64,000 bases of DNA from a virus. Its lineage: Duplodnaviria; Caudoviricetes. The notes beneath the pieces were generated by a model. It did no database searches. It had not been told where the DNA came from and was given only the letters and a program-made list of their open reading frames with translations. The translations under genes and the position numbers were made by a program. The DNA lies in IMG/VR virus record IMGVR_UViG_3300020048_000083, positions 1 to 64,000 of that record. One strand, written 5' to 3'. Below, piece after piece: positions 46,197-55,457 of this stretch (positions are counted from its first letter, which is position 1; the number at the start of each line of letters is the position of its first letter).

Positions 46197-47099
46197 CTAA
46201 AACGGTAAATCAGAAGGATCGATATCATCACCTGCCACTGGGTCTGTGTCAACCGCAGGATGATCAGTCTGGGTTGCAGGTGGTGTAGATGTATTAGCTT
46301 CGCCAACGGCGCTGCCAATGTTATCCTGTGTACCAGAACCTTCGGTATCATCCGAATCGATTTTTGGAATCCATTTATTTTCCGATTCTGACCAAGTTGG
46401 TGTTTTACCTTCGGCTACGATATACAGGTATTCTGTATCGTATTTCTTGTAAACATTTTCCCATGTCATTGTGTCGTCAACCCACTGCTGTGAAAGCTGT
46501 TCGTTGGTTGACAATGCTGATGGGTCATTCGGAAGAATTGCGGAAATGGCGGTGTATTCACCGTTATTCTGTTTATTTTTCACCTTGGTAAGTGTGATAC
46601 TCAGGTCGCGACCAGTTTTAGGGTCGGTAATATCCCCAAATTTCTTGAAGATAGGGCTGATCAAATCGAAAATTCCACCACCTTTGTCGTCATGAGGAAA
46701 TCTCCAGAATTTTACTCCTTCGTTTTCCTTTTCACGTTCGATACCTTTGACCACGTAGAATAAACGCGGGCGGTAATTACGTGCCAGCGCTTTATCTGCT
46801 GGGTCATTGGACGCCTTTAGCAAATTGTAAACGTCGCTAAGCGGCGAAGATTTACCTTCGTTCTTACCTGGATCGTACAGTTTGCGATGGTTGTTACCAA
46901 CCTTGATAGAGTGGAACCAAATTTCGGTGAAAACCAATTGGTCGGGTTTCGGGGGAAGCATACGGAATGTTTTTTCCCCACGTGATACACCCTGTGGAAG
47001 GGCGATTGTGAAATACTTTGTCAAGTCTGTCGACTCGAACTGACTCTGTGATGCTCTTTTGGCTTGTTGTGCCAGCACCTGATCTACTACATTGCTCAT
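46197..47099 (-). CDS. Single-stranded DNA-binding protein (T4 gp32-like)
   Basis: KTFRMLPP, WFHSIKV, DPGKNEG...SPL, VKFWRF, GDITDPKTGRDL; acidic tail ending DDIDPSDLPF. Confidence 0.88.
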   Translation of the reverse strand: MSNVVDQVLAQQAKRASQSQFESTDLTKYFTIALPQGVSRGEKTFRMLPPKPDQLVFTEIWFHSIKVGNNHRKLYDPGKNEGKSSPLSDVYNLLKASNDPADKALARNYRPRLFYVVKGIEREKENEGVKFWRFPHDDKGGGIFDLISPIFKKFGDITDPKTGRDLSITLTKVKNKQNNGEYTAISAILPNDPSALSTNEQLSQQWVDDTMTWENVYKKYDTEYLYIVAEGKTPTWSESENKWIPKIDSDDTEGSGTQDNIGSAVGEANTSTPPATQTDHPAVDTDPVAGDDIDPSDLPF

Positions 47100-47200
47100 A
47101 GTTTGATTTGTGTTTGATTTATTTATTGATTTATTTATTGCTTAGTAACTGACTTTGAACGACCTACGAACTTCGTGCAATTTAAAGTTACTTAATTGAA
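47100..47200 (-). promoter_or_regulatory. Structured/unstructured 5' leader of the SSB gene; candidate translational operator
   Basis: Inverted repeat AGTAACT/AGTTACT (47192-47186 and 47150-47144), followed by an A-rich, G-free repeated tract CAATAAATAAATCAATAAATAAATCAAACACAAATCAAACT before ATG. Confidence 0.45.
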
Positions 47201-47203
47201 CCT

Positions 47204-47235
47204 TAAATATACACATTCACCTTGAAAAAGACAAG
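47204..47235 (-). promoter_or_regulatory. Variant Bacteroidota-type promoter for the SSB/RecA block
   Basis: CTTG (47235-47232), 20-nt spacer, TATATTTA (47211-47204); one mismatch in each element. Confidence 0.55.
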
Positions 47236-47252
47236 GTTTTGAAAAAATAATT

Positions 47253-47576
47253 TTACGTTAACCCTTCCGAAGAAGAACTAAATTGACCAAACATAGTCTT
47301 TTGTGATTTAACCCCGTGCAGATAAACCTGACCGTTATGGACTACACAAGACCATATAGGCATATCCACAACAATTGAGTCGGGAGCTGTAACAATACCG
47401 CCCCAAGTGCCTCTAACGCCATTTACAGTTACGTCTGTGGCTGTAGCCGCTGGGTTTCCTGAAACACTCATACGATAATACCTATAATCGTGAGTAGCAT
47501 CACCAAAATTGACTGTAACGCCAGATGTTACTTTGATCATAATATTCTCACCTGATAAATTTGTGATATCTGCCAT
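47253..47576 (-). CDS. Hypothetical beta-rich protein (107 aa)
   Basis: ORF track. Confidence 0.7.
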   Translation of the reverse strand: MADITNLSGENIMIKVTSGVTVNFGDATHDYRYYRMSVSGNPAATATDVTVNGVRGTWGGIVTAPDSIVVDMPIWSCVVHNGQVYLHGVKSQKTMFGQFSSSSEGLT

Positions 47577-47598
47577 TTTAATTCATTGTTATATATTA

Positions 47599-48417
47599 TT
47601 ACATTCTGTATGCTGGCAGTGAGCGAGCAACTTTATCTTCGAATGGGTCTGGCGGATTAAACGAATTACGAATATCCCTTTCATTGAAATCGCTCAGAAG
47701 GTTCGACAAAGATAATTTATTTTTCTTCATTTCCATTTCTGTTTGATTTTTCTCTACACCTTCTTTTCCGTAATCACTCAACGGAACATTAAACGGGTAG
47801 GAGTTTTGAGCCATAGCCTGCTTAACTTCCTCTGGGGAAGGTGGTTTCGATAGCTCGAAATCTTTGTATATGGCATCAATTTTGGCTAACGCTTGATCCA
47901 TTTTTGTTACATTGCTCTCCATACCGTTGATTTTCATCATCAGCTGGTTTACCATTTCCAATGTTTTATCAGCCTTGCTGTTCATTTCGTCAGCTTTTTG
48001 GTTGGCTGCTTTGGTGTCGTTAACAATGTCGGTTACGTCAACTTCCTGAGCCGCATCACCTGCTGGTGCCGCTGCGTCGGGTGCCGCCATAGGGTCTGCT
48101 GCTGCATCTGGTGCTCCACCTGCTGCAAAAGGGTCTTCGGCTGGTGCTGCTGCGTCTGGTGCACCACCTGCTGGTGGCATACCACCTGCGTCAGGAGCGC
48201 CGCCTGCTGGGGGAGCGCCTGCTGGGGGTGCTCCGCCTGCGTCTGGTGCGCCACCTGCTGGGGGAGCCTGTGAAGAAAAGTCATCCATAGTCAACTGATC
48301 AACTTTGTTGTCGTCTTCTTCAGATAATCCCTGATCGAAGTATGCATATTCGGCAATACGGTTCAATCGTTTTACTTCTTCATTTAGCAGCTGCGGGCTG
48401 ACGTATTTATTTTTCAT
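47599..48417 (-). CDS. Acidic protein with Ala/Gly/Pro low-complexity linker and coiled coil; probable prohead scaffold/internal protein
   Basis: LLNEEVKRLNRIAEY motif, (A)GGAP(D/P)A repeats, heptad region ANQKADEMNSKADKTLEMVNQLMMKINGMESNVTKM. Confidence 0.7.
   Translation of the reverse strand: MKNKYVSPQLLNEEVKRLNRIAEYAYFDQGLSEEDDNKVDQLTMDDFSSQAPPAGGAPDAGGAPPAGAPPAGGAPDAGGMPPAGGAPDAAAPAEDPFAAGGAPDAAADPMAAPDAAAPAGDAAQEVDVTDIVNDTKAANQKADEMNSKADKTLEMVNQLMMKINGMESNVTKMDQALAKIDAIYKDFELSKPPSPEEVKQAMAQNSYPFNVPLSDYGKEGVEKNQTEMEMKKNKLSLSNLLSDFNERDIRNSFNPPDPFEDKVARSLPAYRM
48041..48270 (-). repeat. Imperfect GC-rich coding repeats (GGAPDA/GGAPPA)
   Basis: Recurrent plus-strand ccacctgctgg / gcgtctggtgc units. 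Confidence 0.8.
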
Positions 48418-48419
48418 TG

Positions 48420-48623
48420 TTATACTATTGAGCTATGTGTTATAGGTCTTTCTTCGACTAAGAGCTGGCGTCCATCTTCAACGATGAGCTTTTTCTCAAT
48501 CAGGGTAGTTCTTTCGATCAAACCGTCGTTTTCAACGATTCGTTTCGCCGATTTTTCTGCCAATTGATCAGGTGTCTGAGTCTGGGCAAGAAATTGATCT
48601 AACGCTTCTGGGTTAAATTCCAT
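48420..48623 (-). CDS. Small hypothetical protein (67 aa)
   Basis: ORF track; preceded by TATTTAT and an AAGGAG-like sequence; IVEDGRQLLVE. Confidence 0.75.
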   Translation of the reverse strand: MEFNPEALDQFLAQTQTPDQLAEKSAKRIVENDGLIERTTLIEKKLIVEDGRQLLVEERPITHSSIV

Positions 48624-48644
48624 AGTGAATCTCCTTATTTTTAT

Positions 48645-48651
48645 ATAAATA
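48645..48651 (-). promoter_or_regulatory. TATTTAT putative late-promoter motif
   Basis: Minus-strand GTATATTTATAT, 21 nt before ATG 48623. Confidence 0.55.
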
Positions 48652-48684
48652 TACAGCTAATGTAGAAAAAACTGGTCGTTAGGT

Positions 48685-51600
48685 TTAAAACTTAATGTTA
48701 TTCCACATACGTATAGCCGTGTTGTATATAGCGAGTTTTTGCGGAAACATCTTGTCGTATTTAGCCTTATCTTTTTGACTTAAATTTTTAAACACCCAAT
48801 TATTCAAATAACGCTCTGTCCACAATTGACCGTCACTCCCGTCAAACCCTTTTGCTTTAACTCTGTTAAATAGAAAAGTTAAAAAGGTTTCGTTGCTTGC
48901 AAATTGTGCGAATTCTCTTAATTTTACAGCATCTTTCCGTATAAACCTACCTATAAATAACTCCCCACCTGTCCACCTGCCAGCGTCAGTTTGAACACCA
49001 GCATAGTTGTATCCGCCAGCTGAAGAAAAAGACATATTTTTCTTCGAAGCCTCAGCAAATAATATAGCAAATACAGCTTTACCTATACTTTCATTAGTGT
49101 TTTTTAATAGTATTCTTTTAGCTTCTTTATAAGGAAGAAGTGTCGGCGGTGGCGGCGGCGAAATTAACGGCAACTCTGGGTAATACGTTTTAATTACATT
49201 ATTACCACTTCCAGCAGTTCCAGCGCCACTTTGCACTGATGTGCCAGTTCCAGTTGTACCAGCCGATTGGTTTATAGCCGCAACACCAAGCAAGCTGCTA
49301 ATGTTGGAGTCTGAAAGTTGTAATAATACATCTTTCTGAGAAGGAAGTACTGCCATTGGTTGCCTTACACCTTTAAACGTTGTTTTTATATCGTTCGGGG
49401 TTATAGTATGTTTCACGTTTGTGATCCAGTACGTACCATAAAATAATGGAATATTAGTTAGTTCAAAGAACATTAACGGTTGAATCATCATATTGCCAAG
49501 AGAATCAACCTGTGCAGTATACGACCTCTCAGTAAATAACGAAAATAAGTCGCCGCCCTGCGTTTGTGTTCTATTTTTTGCGTATTGGGTGATACCTTTG
49601 TACCATTCTTCGGTATTTTGATATTCACTTTGATCAAGCTGTAGGTTACTAAATATTTGTTGGTGTTGTTCACCAAAATCTACCACAAAAGCCATAGCCG
49701 TAGCACCATCTTGCATTAAGTCGCGCGGTATATTAACCCCATTCCCTATGTTCGAAGATATATTAGATTTAGTATTACCTCTGGATGATAATAAAGAAAA
49801 TGATTTAGACGCCGATCGTAGGGTTTTATTTTGCGGCGTGTTAAGTACGGTATTAGTATTTCCAATAAATTGAAACAGAAATTTAGGATTTGCCGCGGCT
49901 ATATCAACATAGTCGAACGTACCAAACAAATCCCGAGCCGAATTATCACCTTCGCCAGTTTGATAAACACCAAAGTTAATAAACGCTGGTAATGCGTGAA
50001 TTAATGAAGCGTGCTGCTTAGCTAATTCACTTAAAAATGTATAAAGAGATATGTCGGTATTTACACCTTTATACCCGTAATTATTTTCGAAATACGATTT
50101 TAACCAGTCTATATTAGCCAGCATATTATGCCCAACATCCCTATTGGCTCTATCGACAAATAAAAAGTGACTTATTAACGAATCGCTTGGCTCTGGTATA
50201 GAATTTGGTGATGTAAAATGTGTATACGAATATTGAAGCTGTAATCTCTTCTTATCTGAACTCACACTGATCCAATTATCAAACAGCGCCTTAATATTGT
50301 AATAAGTTTTCTGTTTCATAAGGTTTATATCGTCTTTACTACCTTCTTTGAAATCTTTCAGCTGTTCTTCCACGATAGCTTTTTCACCGTCTGCTAAGTT
50401 TCTACTTACACTTTCTAAGCAAGCTGTAATATGCTTATCGGAATTAGTTAACCAACCCCTAACAATTGTAGCCATTTTACCAAAACTCGGGTCTTTTTCT
50501 GTATCAGGTCTACCTAACACCGAAGTTTGCTTAAAATATAGCATCATAAAATCTTTAGCTATCTGAATTGTGGGTAGTGTTGGCGCCACGTCAATTTTCT
50601 GGAAGAAATAATTAGCCCAGTCAACCACGTCGTCCTCTGACATAGAGTACCTATAATAATATTTTAAATACCGATCACGAACAAGCGCGTCACTTGTTGA
50701 TTCAGCCCACGTTTTCAAAGACTGCTTACCAAATAAAGCTAATTTTATGAATTTAGCGTCGTCAGTTTCACTTAACGCATTGTTAGCTAAAGCCCTATCA
50801 AACATATTAGTTACGGTTTCGAAAACAAAATTAGCTTCGCCAAAATCAAATACGCTACCAACATTGAAAAGGCTTCTTTGATTAAGTAATGTTTGTATAA
50901 CATATTTAATCTTGTTTGTTTGAGCCTGAGTAAGACTGGCGTTCATTACCTTGCAGATATTTACCGCTTGTTTACCTGAGCCAGCCTTTATAAAACCGCT
51001 ACCCCTAACGAAACCATCAGTAAGCCAAGCGTTATACGTTAACAAAAATTGTATTTGCTCATCAGTGCTATACTTATTTCCATCCACGGTTAGCTCCGAA
51101 AAATTGGATTTATCCACCACAAGCAATGATAATAATATATTTTTAGCCGCCGTAAGCCTATCTTTACTATCAACCGTTTCGTCATATTTGCCTTGAAATA
51201 CGTCGAGCGCACCAAGACCGATGTAGTCTATTACGTCGTTATACCGTAAAAGGCTATTAACCCTATCTTCAGTAAACCTATCTGGGTCTAAAATGTAGAC
51301 TCTACCATCTTTTTTGGTATGAATGTTTTTATCGTATAAGAAATCCCTATCCAAAGTATTCAGTAGTAGTTTACTACCAATTACGTCAAAATCTTCATTT
51401 TTTAATACCGAATCCATATTATATGGCGCATCACCGACGAACGGGCCTGAGCCCCATACGTACCTCGAAGAGTTCAATATTATGTTAATAATTGTCGCGG
51501 TAAATTCGTTGCTATAATCACGATTGTTACTAATATATTTATCAATATCAAACCCATCAGCGGTACCCTTTACTAACGATTTTGATAAGCTACTTAACAC

Positions 51601-53127
51601 GTACTGCAAGCCAGCTACGCCACCAGCAGACGGATACATTACACAAGTAAATGAATCATCCTTTACATAATAGTTAGTTAAATCAACTTGGTTATACGGG
51701 TCTGCAACAGATATAAATTCTAACACCTGTAACCCAATTAAATCAATAAACTTTATAAGCTCTTGAGCCCCAGCGAATAAATTATTTTCAGAAACAATAT
51801 CGTTGCTTGAATTATAGGTAACAATTGGCTGCGTGTTGGCTGGTAATACTGGGTTAACATTAAATAATTCCGCTTCGATAGCCCATATTTGTTGGTCGGT
51901 AAACACGCCGTCATAATATTCAACCAAATTATCGCGAATTGTGTCATATAAAACCGACCCATCATTTTGGTTTAAATGGTAAAAAATATAATTCCATATT
52001 GACGAATATAGATCGAAAGACGATTTTACCGCATTTGCGTCCGACGTATCAAGAATTTTAACCAACGAAGACGTTTCACCAGCAAGGTCTGACAACCCAG
52101 TGTAGTTACATACACTATAAGTTGCGTATAGAGTCAACGCTTTCGTGTAAGATAAGTCATAGGAATATGTCGGGAACGTTCTTAATTTATTTTCTATATT
52201 CCAATTTAAAATCGTTTGATTTGTGTTGGTAGGTAGTAACGTACCATATATAGCATTATGAACACTATTGAATAACGCTTCGTAGCTACCAATACCATTT
52301 AGGGAATCAATACCGTATACGTTATTTACATCAGAATATACGCCAGTTGTTATGGACACCGAATCTTGAGCAAATTTAGACTTAGATTTAATAAATTTAC
52401 GTGTGTCTACCACTAACGTGGGTATGCCTGCTCGCCCTATTATTTTTGGAAAATCGAACGGTATAAAGTAATCGGTATATTGAGTATTATTACATATAGG
52501 AAAGCTTACACTCTTCCACCCGTTAGCTGGATCGCCTTCAAAATTCACATATGATAAATCTGGTAGGGTAGGTAGATTATAATTCCTGTATTTCCATACT
52601 CCGCCAAGCCACCATATATAAGGGTCTGGAAGACTGTACACGCCAGCATTATTTTTGAATAGTATTGCGGGGTTTGGCTCAAATGTTTCACCGTTTTGTT
52701 GTGGTTTATCGGTATCCAAAATAGGTGTCGGCGGATTTAACGGTAATGAGTGCAGAAAATAGTAGAAACTGGTGTCAACTACACTGCTTACCGATTTTAA
52801 GTCGTTAAAAAGCCGAATCGAAAATTCGGGCGTGTTTAGTAGAGAAGCAAAATTAACTCGTTCTTTACTAAGCTCATACCCCATAAAATAACCTTCAAGC
52901 GGTAATATATTTTCTTTTTTACCGCCCCATACATTAGTATTAGACCGAGTAAGGTCTTTGTTTGCTGGTTTTGATTCAATAGCAGGATAAAAAAATAAAT
53001 TAGTTTCATTAAACATTTTCCAGCTGCCATCTTTAATAACACCCAATATACCATCATTATTATCTTTAGCTTCCTGTAGGTTAGCTGGATAATTTATTAT
53101 CTTGTCTATTCTGTCCTGAAATTTCAT
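48685..53127 (-). CDS. Baseplate hub-like protein (1480 aa) with a C-terminal lysozyme-fold (GH73-like) peptidoglycan hydrolase
   Basis: gpD/gp27-like end SYTAQVDSLGNMMIQP...GTYWITNVKHTITPNDIKTTFKGVR, then an S/T/G linker and a poly-Pro, then ILFAEAS...NYAGVQ...FAQFASNETF. Confidence 0.65.
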   Translation of the reverse strand: MKFQDRIDKIINYPANLQEAKDNNDGILGVIKDGSWKMFNETNLFFYPAIESKPANKDLTRSNTNVWGGKKENILPLEGYFMGYELSKERVNFASLLNTPEFSIRLFNDLKSVSSVVDTSFYYFLHSLPLNPPTPILDTDKPQQNGETFEPNPAILFKNNAGVYSLPDPYIWWLGGVWKYRNYNLPTLPDLSYVNFEGDPANGWKSVSFPICNNTQYTDYFIPFDFPKIIGRAGIPTLVVDTRKFIKSKSKFAQDSVSITTGVYSDVNNVYGIDSLNGIGSYEALFNSVHNAIYGTLLPTNTNQTILNWNIENKLRTFPTYSYDLSYTKALTLYATYSVCNYTGLSDLAGETSSLVKILDTSDANAVKSSFDLYSSIWNYIFYHLNQNDGSVLYDTIRDNLVEYYDGVFTDQQIWAIEAELFNVNPVLPANTQPIVTYNSSNDIVSENNLFAGAQELIKFIDLIGLQVLEFISVADPYNQVDLTNYYVKDDSFTCVMYPSAGGVAGLQYVLSSLSKSLVKGTADGFDIDKYISNNRDYSNEFTATIINIILNSSRYVWGSGPFVGDAPYNMDSVLKNEDFDVIGSKLLLNTLDRDFLYDKNIHTKKDGRVYILDPDRFTEDRVNSLLRYNDVIDYIGLGALDVFQGKYDETVDSKDRLTAAKNILLSLLVVDKSNFSELTVDGNKYSTDEQIQFLLTYNAWLTDGFVRGSGFIKAGSGKQAVNICKVMNASLTQAQTNKIKYVIQTLLNQRSLFNVGSVFDFGEANFVFETVTNMFDRALANNALSETDDAKFIKLALFGKQSLKTWAESTSDALVRDRYLKYYYRYSMSEDDVVDWANYFFQKIDVAPTLPTIQIAKDFMMLYFKQTSVLGRPDTEKDPSFGKMATIVRGWLTNSDKHITACLESVSRNLADGEKAIVEEQLKDFKEGSKDDINLMKQKTYYNIKALFDNWISVSSDKKRLQLQYSYTHFTSPNSIPEPSDSLISHFLFVDRANRDVGHNMLANIDWLKSYFENNYGYKGVNTDISLYTFLSELAKQHASLIHALPAFINFGVYQTGEGDNSARDLFGTFDYVDIAAANPKFLFQFIGNTNTVLNTPQNKTLRSASKSFSLLSSRGNTKSNISSNIGNGVNIPRDLMQDGATAMAFVVDFGEQHQQIFSNLQLDQSEYQNTEEWYKGITQYAKNRTQTQGGDLFSLFTERSYTAQVDSLGNMMIQPLMFFELTNIPLFYGTYWITNVKHTITPNDIKTTFKGVRQPMAVLPSQKDVLLQLSDSNISSLLGVAAINQSAGTTGTGTSVQSGAGTAGSGNNVIKTYYPELPLISPPPPPTLLPYKEAKRILLKNTNESIGKAVFAILFAEASKKNMSFSSAGGYNYAGVQTDAGRWTGGELFIGRFIRKDAVKLREFAQFASNETFLTFLFNRVKAKGFDGSDGQLWTERYLNNWVFKNLSQKDKAKYDKMFPQKLAIYNTAIRMWNNIKF

Positions 53128-55457
53128 ACTATTGGTCGTGTTATAAAGATATCCCCAGCTGGTTCAAGATAATTATTTGTAAAAGTTAATGCGGCGGTTG
53201 GTTGACCAGCCACAAGTGTTGTTGTGTTAAAACTTGTTAAGTCCAATGTAGATTCCCACGCACCTAAATACGGTAATTCTTGTACGCCGAACTTATTTTT
53301 ATCACCATCACCTTTGTATATATCCTTGAAATGGTCAAAATCAGCATTTCCAGCACTAAAAGTTTGAGCAGAAACATATGAATGAGCCGTTGTGACGAAT
53401 TTTAAGTGATTGGCTATAGACGAGCCTTTATTTATATACTCTTTATCAAATGCATCGGCATTTTTACTGATATAATCAGCCATTTGCTTTGAATTTGATA
53501 TTGAGATTAACTGGTTTTTTAACAAATTAAGCGTATTCCACCCATTTTCATTGGATTTAAGCTCCGCGTTCATTAATGCTACCACGTTTTTAACCATAAT
53601 ATCGTAAATACCGCTTTGAAATAGGTCGCTCTCTTTCATATTTTTATACAACAACCCATTATGGAAAACGGAATCCAGAATTTGTTGAAATAACCTGTTT
53701 AATACGGTAACTGGATCAGTTTTACTTATGCTTAAATTACCCAATAAATCTGGTACGGTCAATGGTGTCAGTAAAAATATATTTGTTGCCGATTCAGCGC
53801 TACTAACCCACGATTCAGCCAGCGAATTATGTAATAATTCTGAGGCTTTATACATTTCGTCTATGAACTCAACCTCGCCCCACGACATTTGTTCAGAATT
53901 ACCACTACCTGGGTATGCTTTTACTAATCCGCCGTCATTTTTTGCTGGTTCATAGAATTCAGGCCAAGGCATACGGCGGTAATCTCCCACAGCTTTTTCA
54001 ATAACTTCATATGTCGGCGCTGGGTCTTTTTTAGCGTTAGCGTCAGCTATTTTATTCAGTACTAACTCCGATTTCTCTTTAAGTAACTCCATAAAAGCGT
54101 CCATATGGATAACAACTGCTTTTACGATGTTTTTAACGCTCGGGTAAAAATGAAATTGTGCGATAAATTTATCCTTAAATGTTTTGGAATCCTCTTCCTG
54201 ACGCGCTCTCTCGAATACAATAATATCAGTTCTAAATTTATTATATTCTTCGTCGGTCATAGGTATTATTTTTCCATCTTCCACATTTATGTAGGTGTCA
54301 GTCATTAAAGTAATATTAAAAACATCAGTACTTAACGTTGAGCTGACTAACTTCGTTATTACGTCCTTTTGCGCTTTAAAAAAATTATTTGTACTGTCAA
54401 CAAGTTGTTCCAGTAGTGCTGTTTGCGGATTTTCTTCACTTTTAGCTAAAGATTCGACACCAAATTTGAAAGCCGATAACTGTTCTAAAAATGATTGCAC
54501 CGCCGACCCACGTAATTTCGTGTTGGTTAATAAATCATCGTTATATAATTTTGTTCCCATATCGCTCGACAACAGGAACATACGGTAAAGGGATAGTACT
54601 TGGTCTAACGGTCTAACCGACTCCGTTCCATCAGAATTTACATTAACATTAGCATACCCGAGGTCTTTCATTTCATTAATGTCGGCAATTCCCTGCGGGC
54701 TTTTATAATATTCTTGGTATTTTTGATTAACAATTTCTTTTCCGCGAAATGTTTCACCCTTTGGGTACATTTTATCCACCAGAAGCGCGTACAGTAATAC
54801 CACGTCATTAAGCATAGCAAAGGTAAACGACTTGAAGTCGGCGCTTATGATATAACTACCAGTGGAAGGGTCGAAGCGTGTAATAGCCTTCTCCATAACC
54901 AGCGGTAATTGAATAGCTTTGCCGAAATACCCTTTGACAGTAAGCTGAAATAGTGGATACGGAAATACGTAGAATACGTTATACGGATTCGATAAATCAT
55001 CACCGCGTTCCAGTAAGTTTTTTCCCCGAACGTCAATAAATTCAATGTGTATTTTTGGTACCAGTGACGCATTTATTTCAATTTCAATGTTACTAATACC
55101 GAAACCTTCTATATCCGCTGGTCTATTTGCATCATACATTTCAGTCCACGCCGTGGTGAAGTGCGTCATATCCGTGTCGCTCATAAAATCACTCTTTAAC
55201 GCTTCGGCAATGTTCTTAGCCGTAGAGTTATAGAATTTGCCAGAAGCTACATTTATCACTTTGGTTCCTTCGGATTCGTTATACACCTGTGTCTTGGAAT
55301 TCATCTGAGCCTGTACGCTCACGTAAATCATAAGGTCTTCTGGTTTAACATAACGATACTCCGCGACACCGTTTTTTACAACACCGTTCGGATCAACAAT
55401 AATAATACCTTCCGTGCCGTCAACTTTTTCGGCATATATGTGCTCGTTATTCACCAT
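53124..55457 (-). CDS. Baseplate hub-associated protein (777 aa)
   Basis: GFGISNIEIEINASLVPKIHIEFIDVRGKNL...PYPLFQLTVKGYFG resembles the N-terminal barrel of gp27/gpD-type hubs; lies between the gp53-like and hub genes. Confidence 0.6.
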   Translation of the reverse strand: MVNNEHIYAEKVDGTEGIIIVDPNGVVKNGVAEYRYVKPEDLMIYVSVQAQMNSKTQVYNESEGTKVINVASGKFYNSTAKNIAEALKSDFMSDTDMTHFTTAWTEMYDANRPADIEGFGISNIEIEINASLVPKIHIEFIDVRGKNLLERGDDLSNPYNVFYVFPYPLFQLTVKGYFGKAIQLPLVMEKAITRFDPSTGSYIISADFKSFTFAMLNDVVLLYALLVDKMYPKGETFRGKEIVNQKYQEYYKSPQGIADINEMKDLGYANVNVNSDGTESVRPLDQVLSLYRMFLLSSDMGTKLYNDDLLTNTKLRGSAVQSFLEQLSAFKFGVESLAKSEENPQTALLEQLVDSTNNFFKAQKDVITKLVSSTLSTDVFNITLMTDTYINVEDGKIIPMTDEEYNKFRTDIIVFERARQEEDSKTFKDKFIAQFHFYPSVKNIVKAVVIHMDAFMELLKEKSELVLNKIADANAKKDPAPTYEVIEKAVGDYRRMPWPEFYEPAKNDGGLVKAYPGSGNSEQMSWGEVEFIDEMYKASELLHNSLAESWVSSAESATNIFLLTPLTVPDLLGNLSISKTDPVTVLNRLFQQILDSVFHNGLLYKNMKESDLFQSGIYDIMVKNVVALMNAELKSNENGWNTLNLLKNQLISISNSKQMADYISKNADAFDKEYINKGSSIANHLKFVTTAHSYVSAQTFSAGNADFDHFKDIYKGDGDKNKFGVQELPYLGAWESTLDLTSFNTTTLVAGQPTAALTFTNNYLEPAGDIFITRPIV

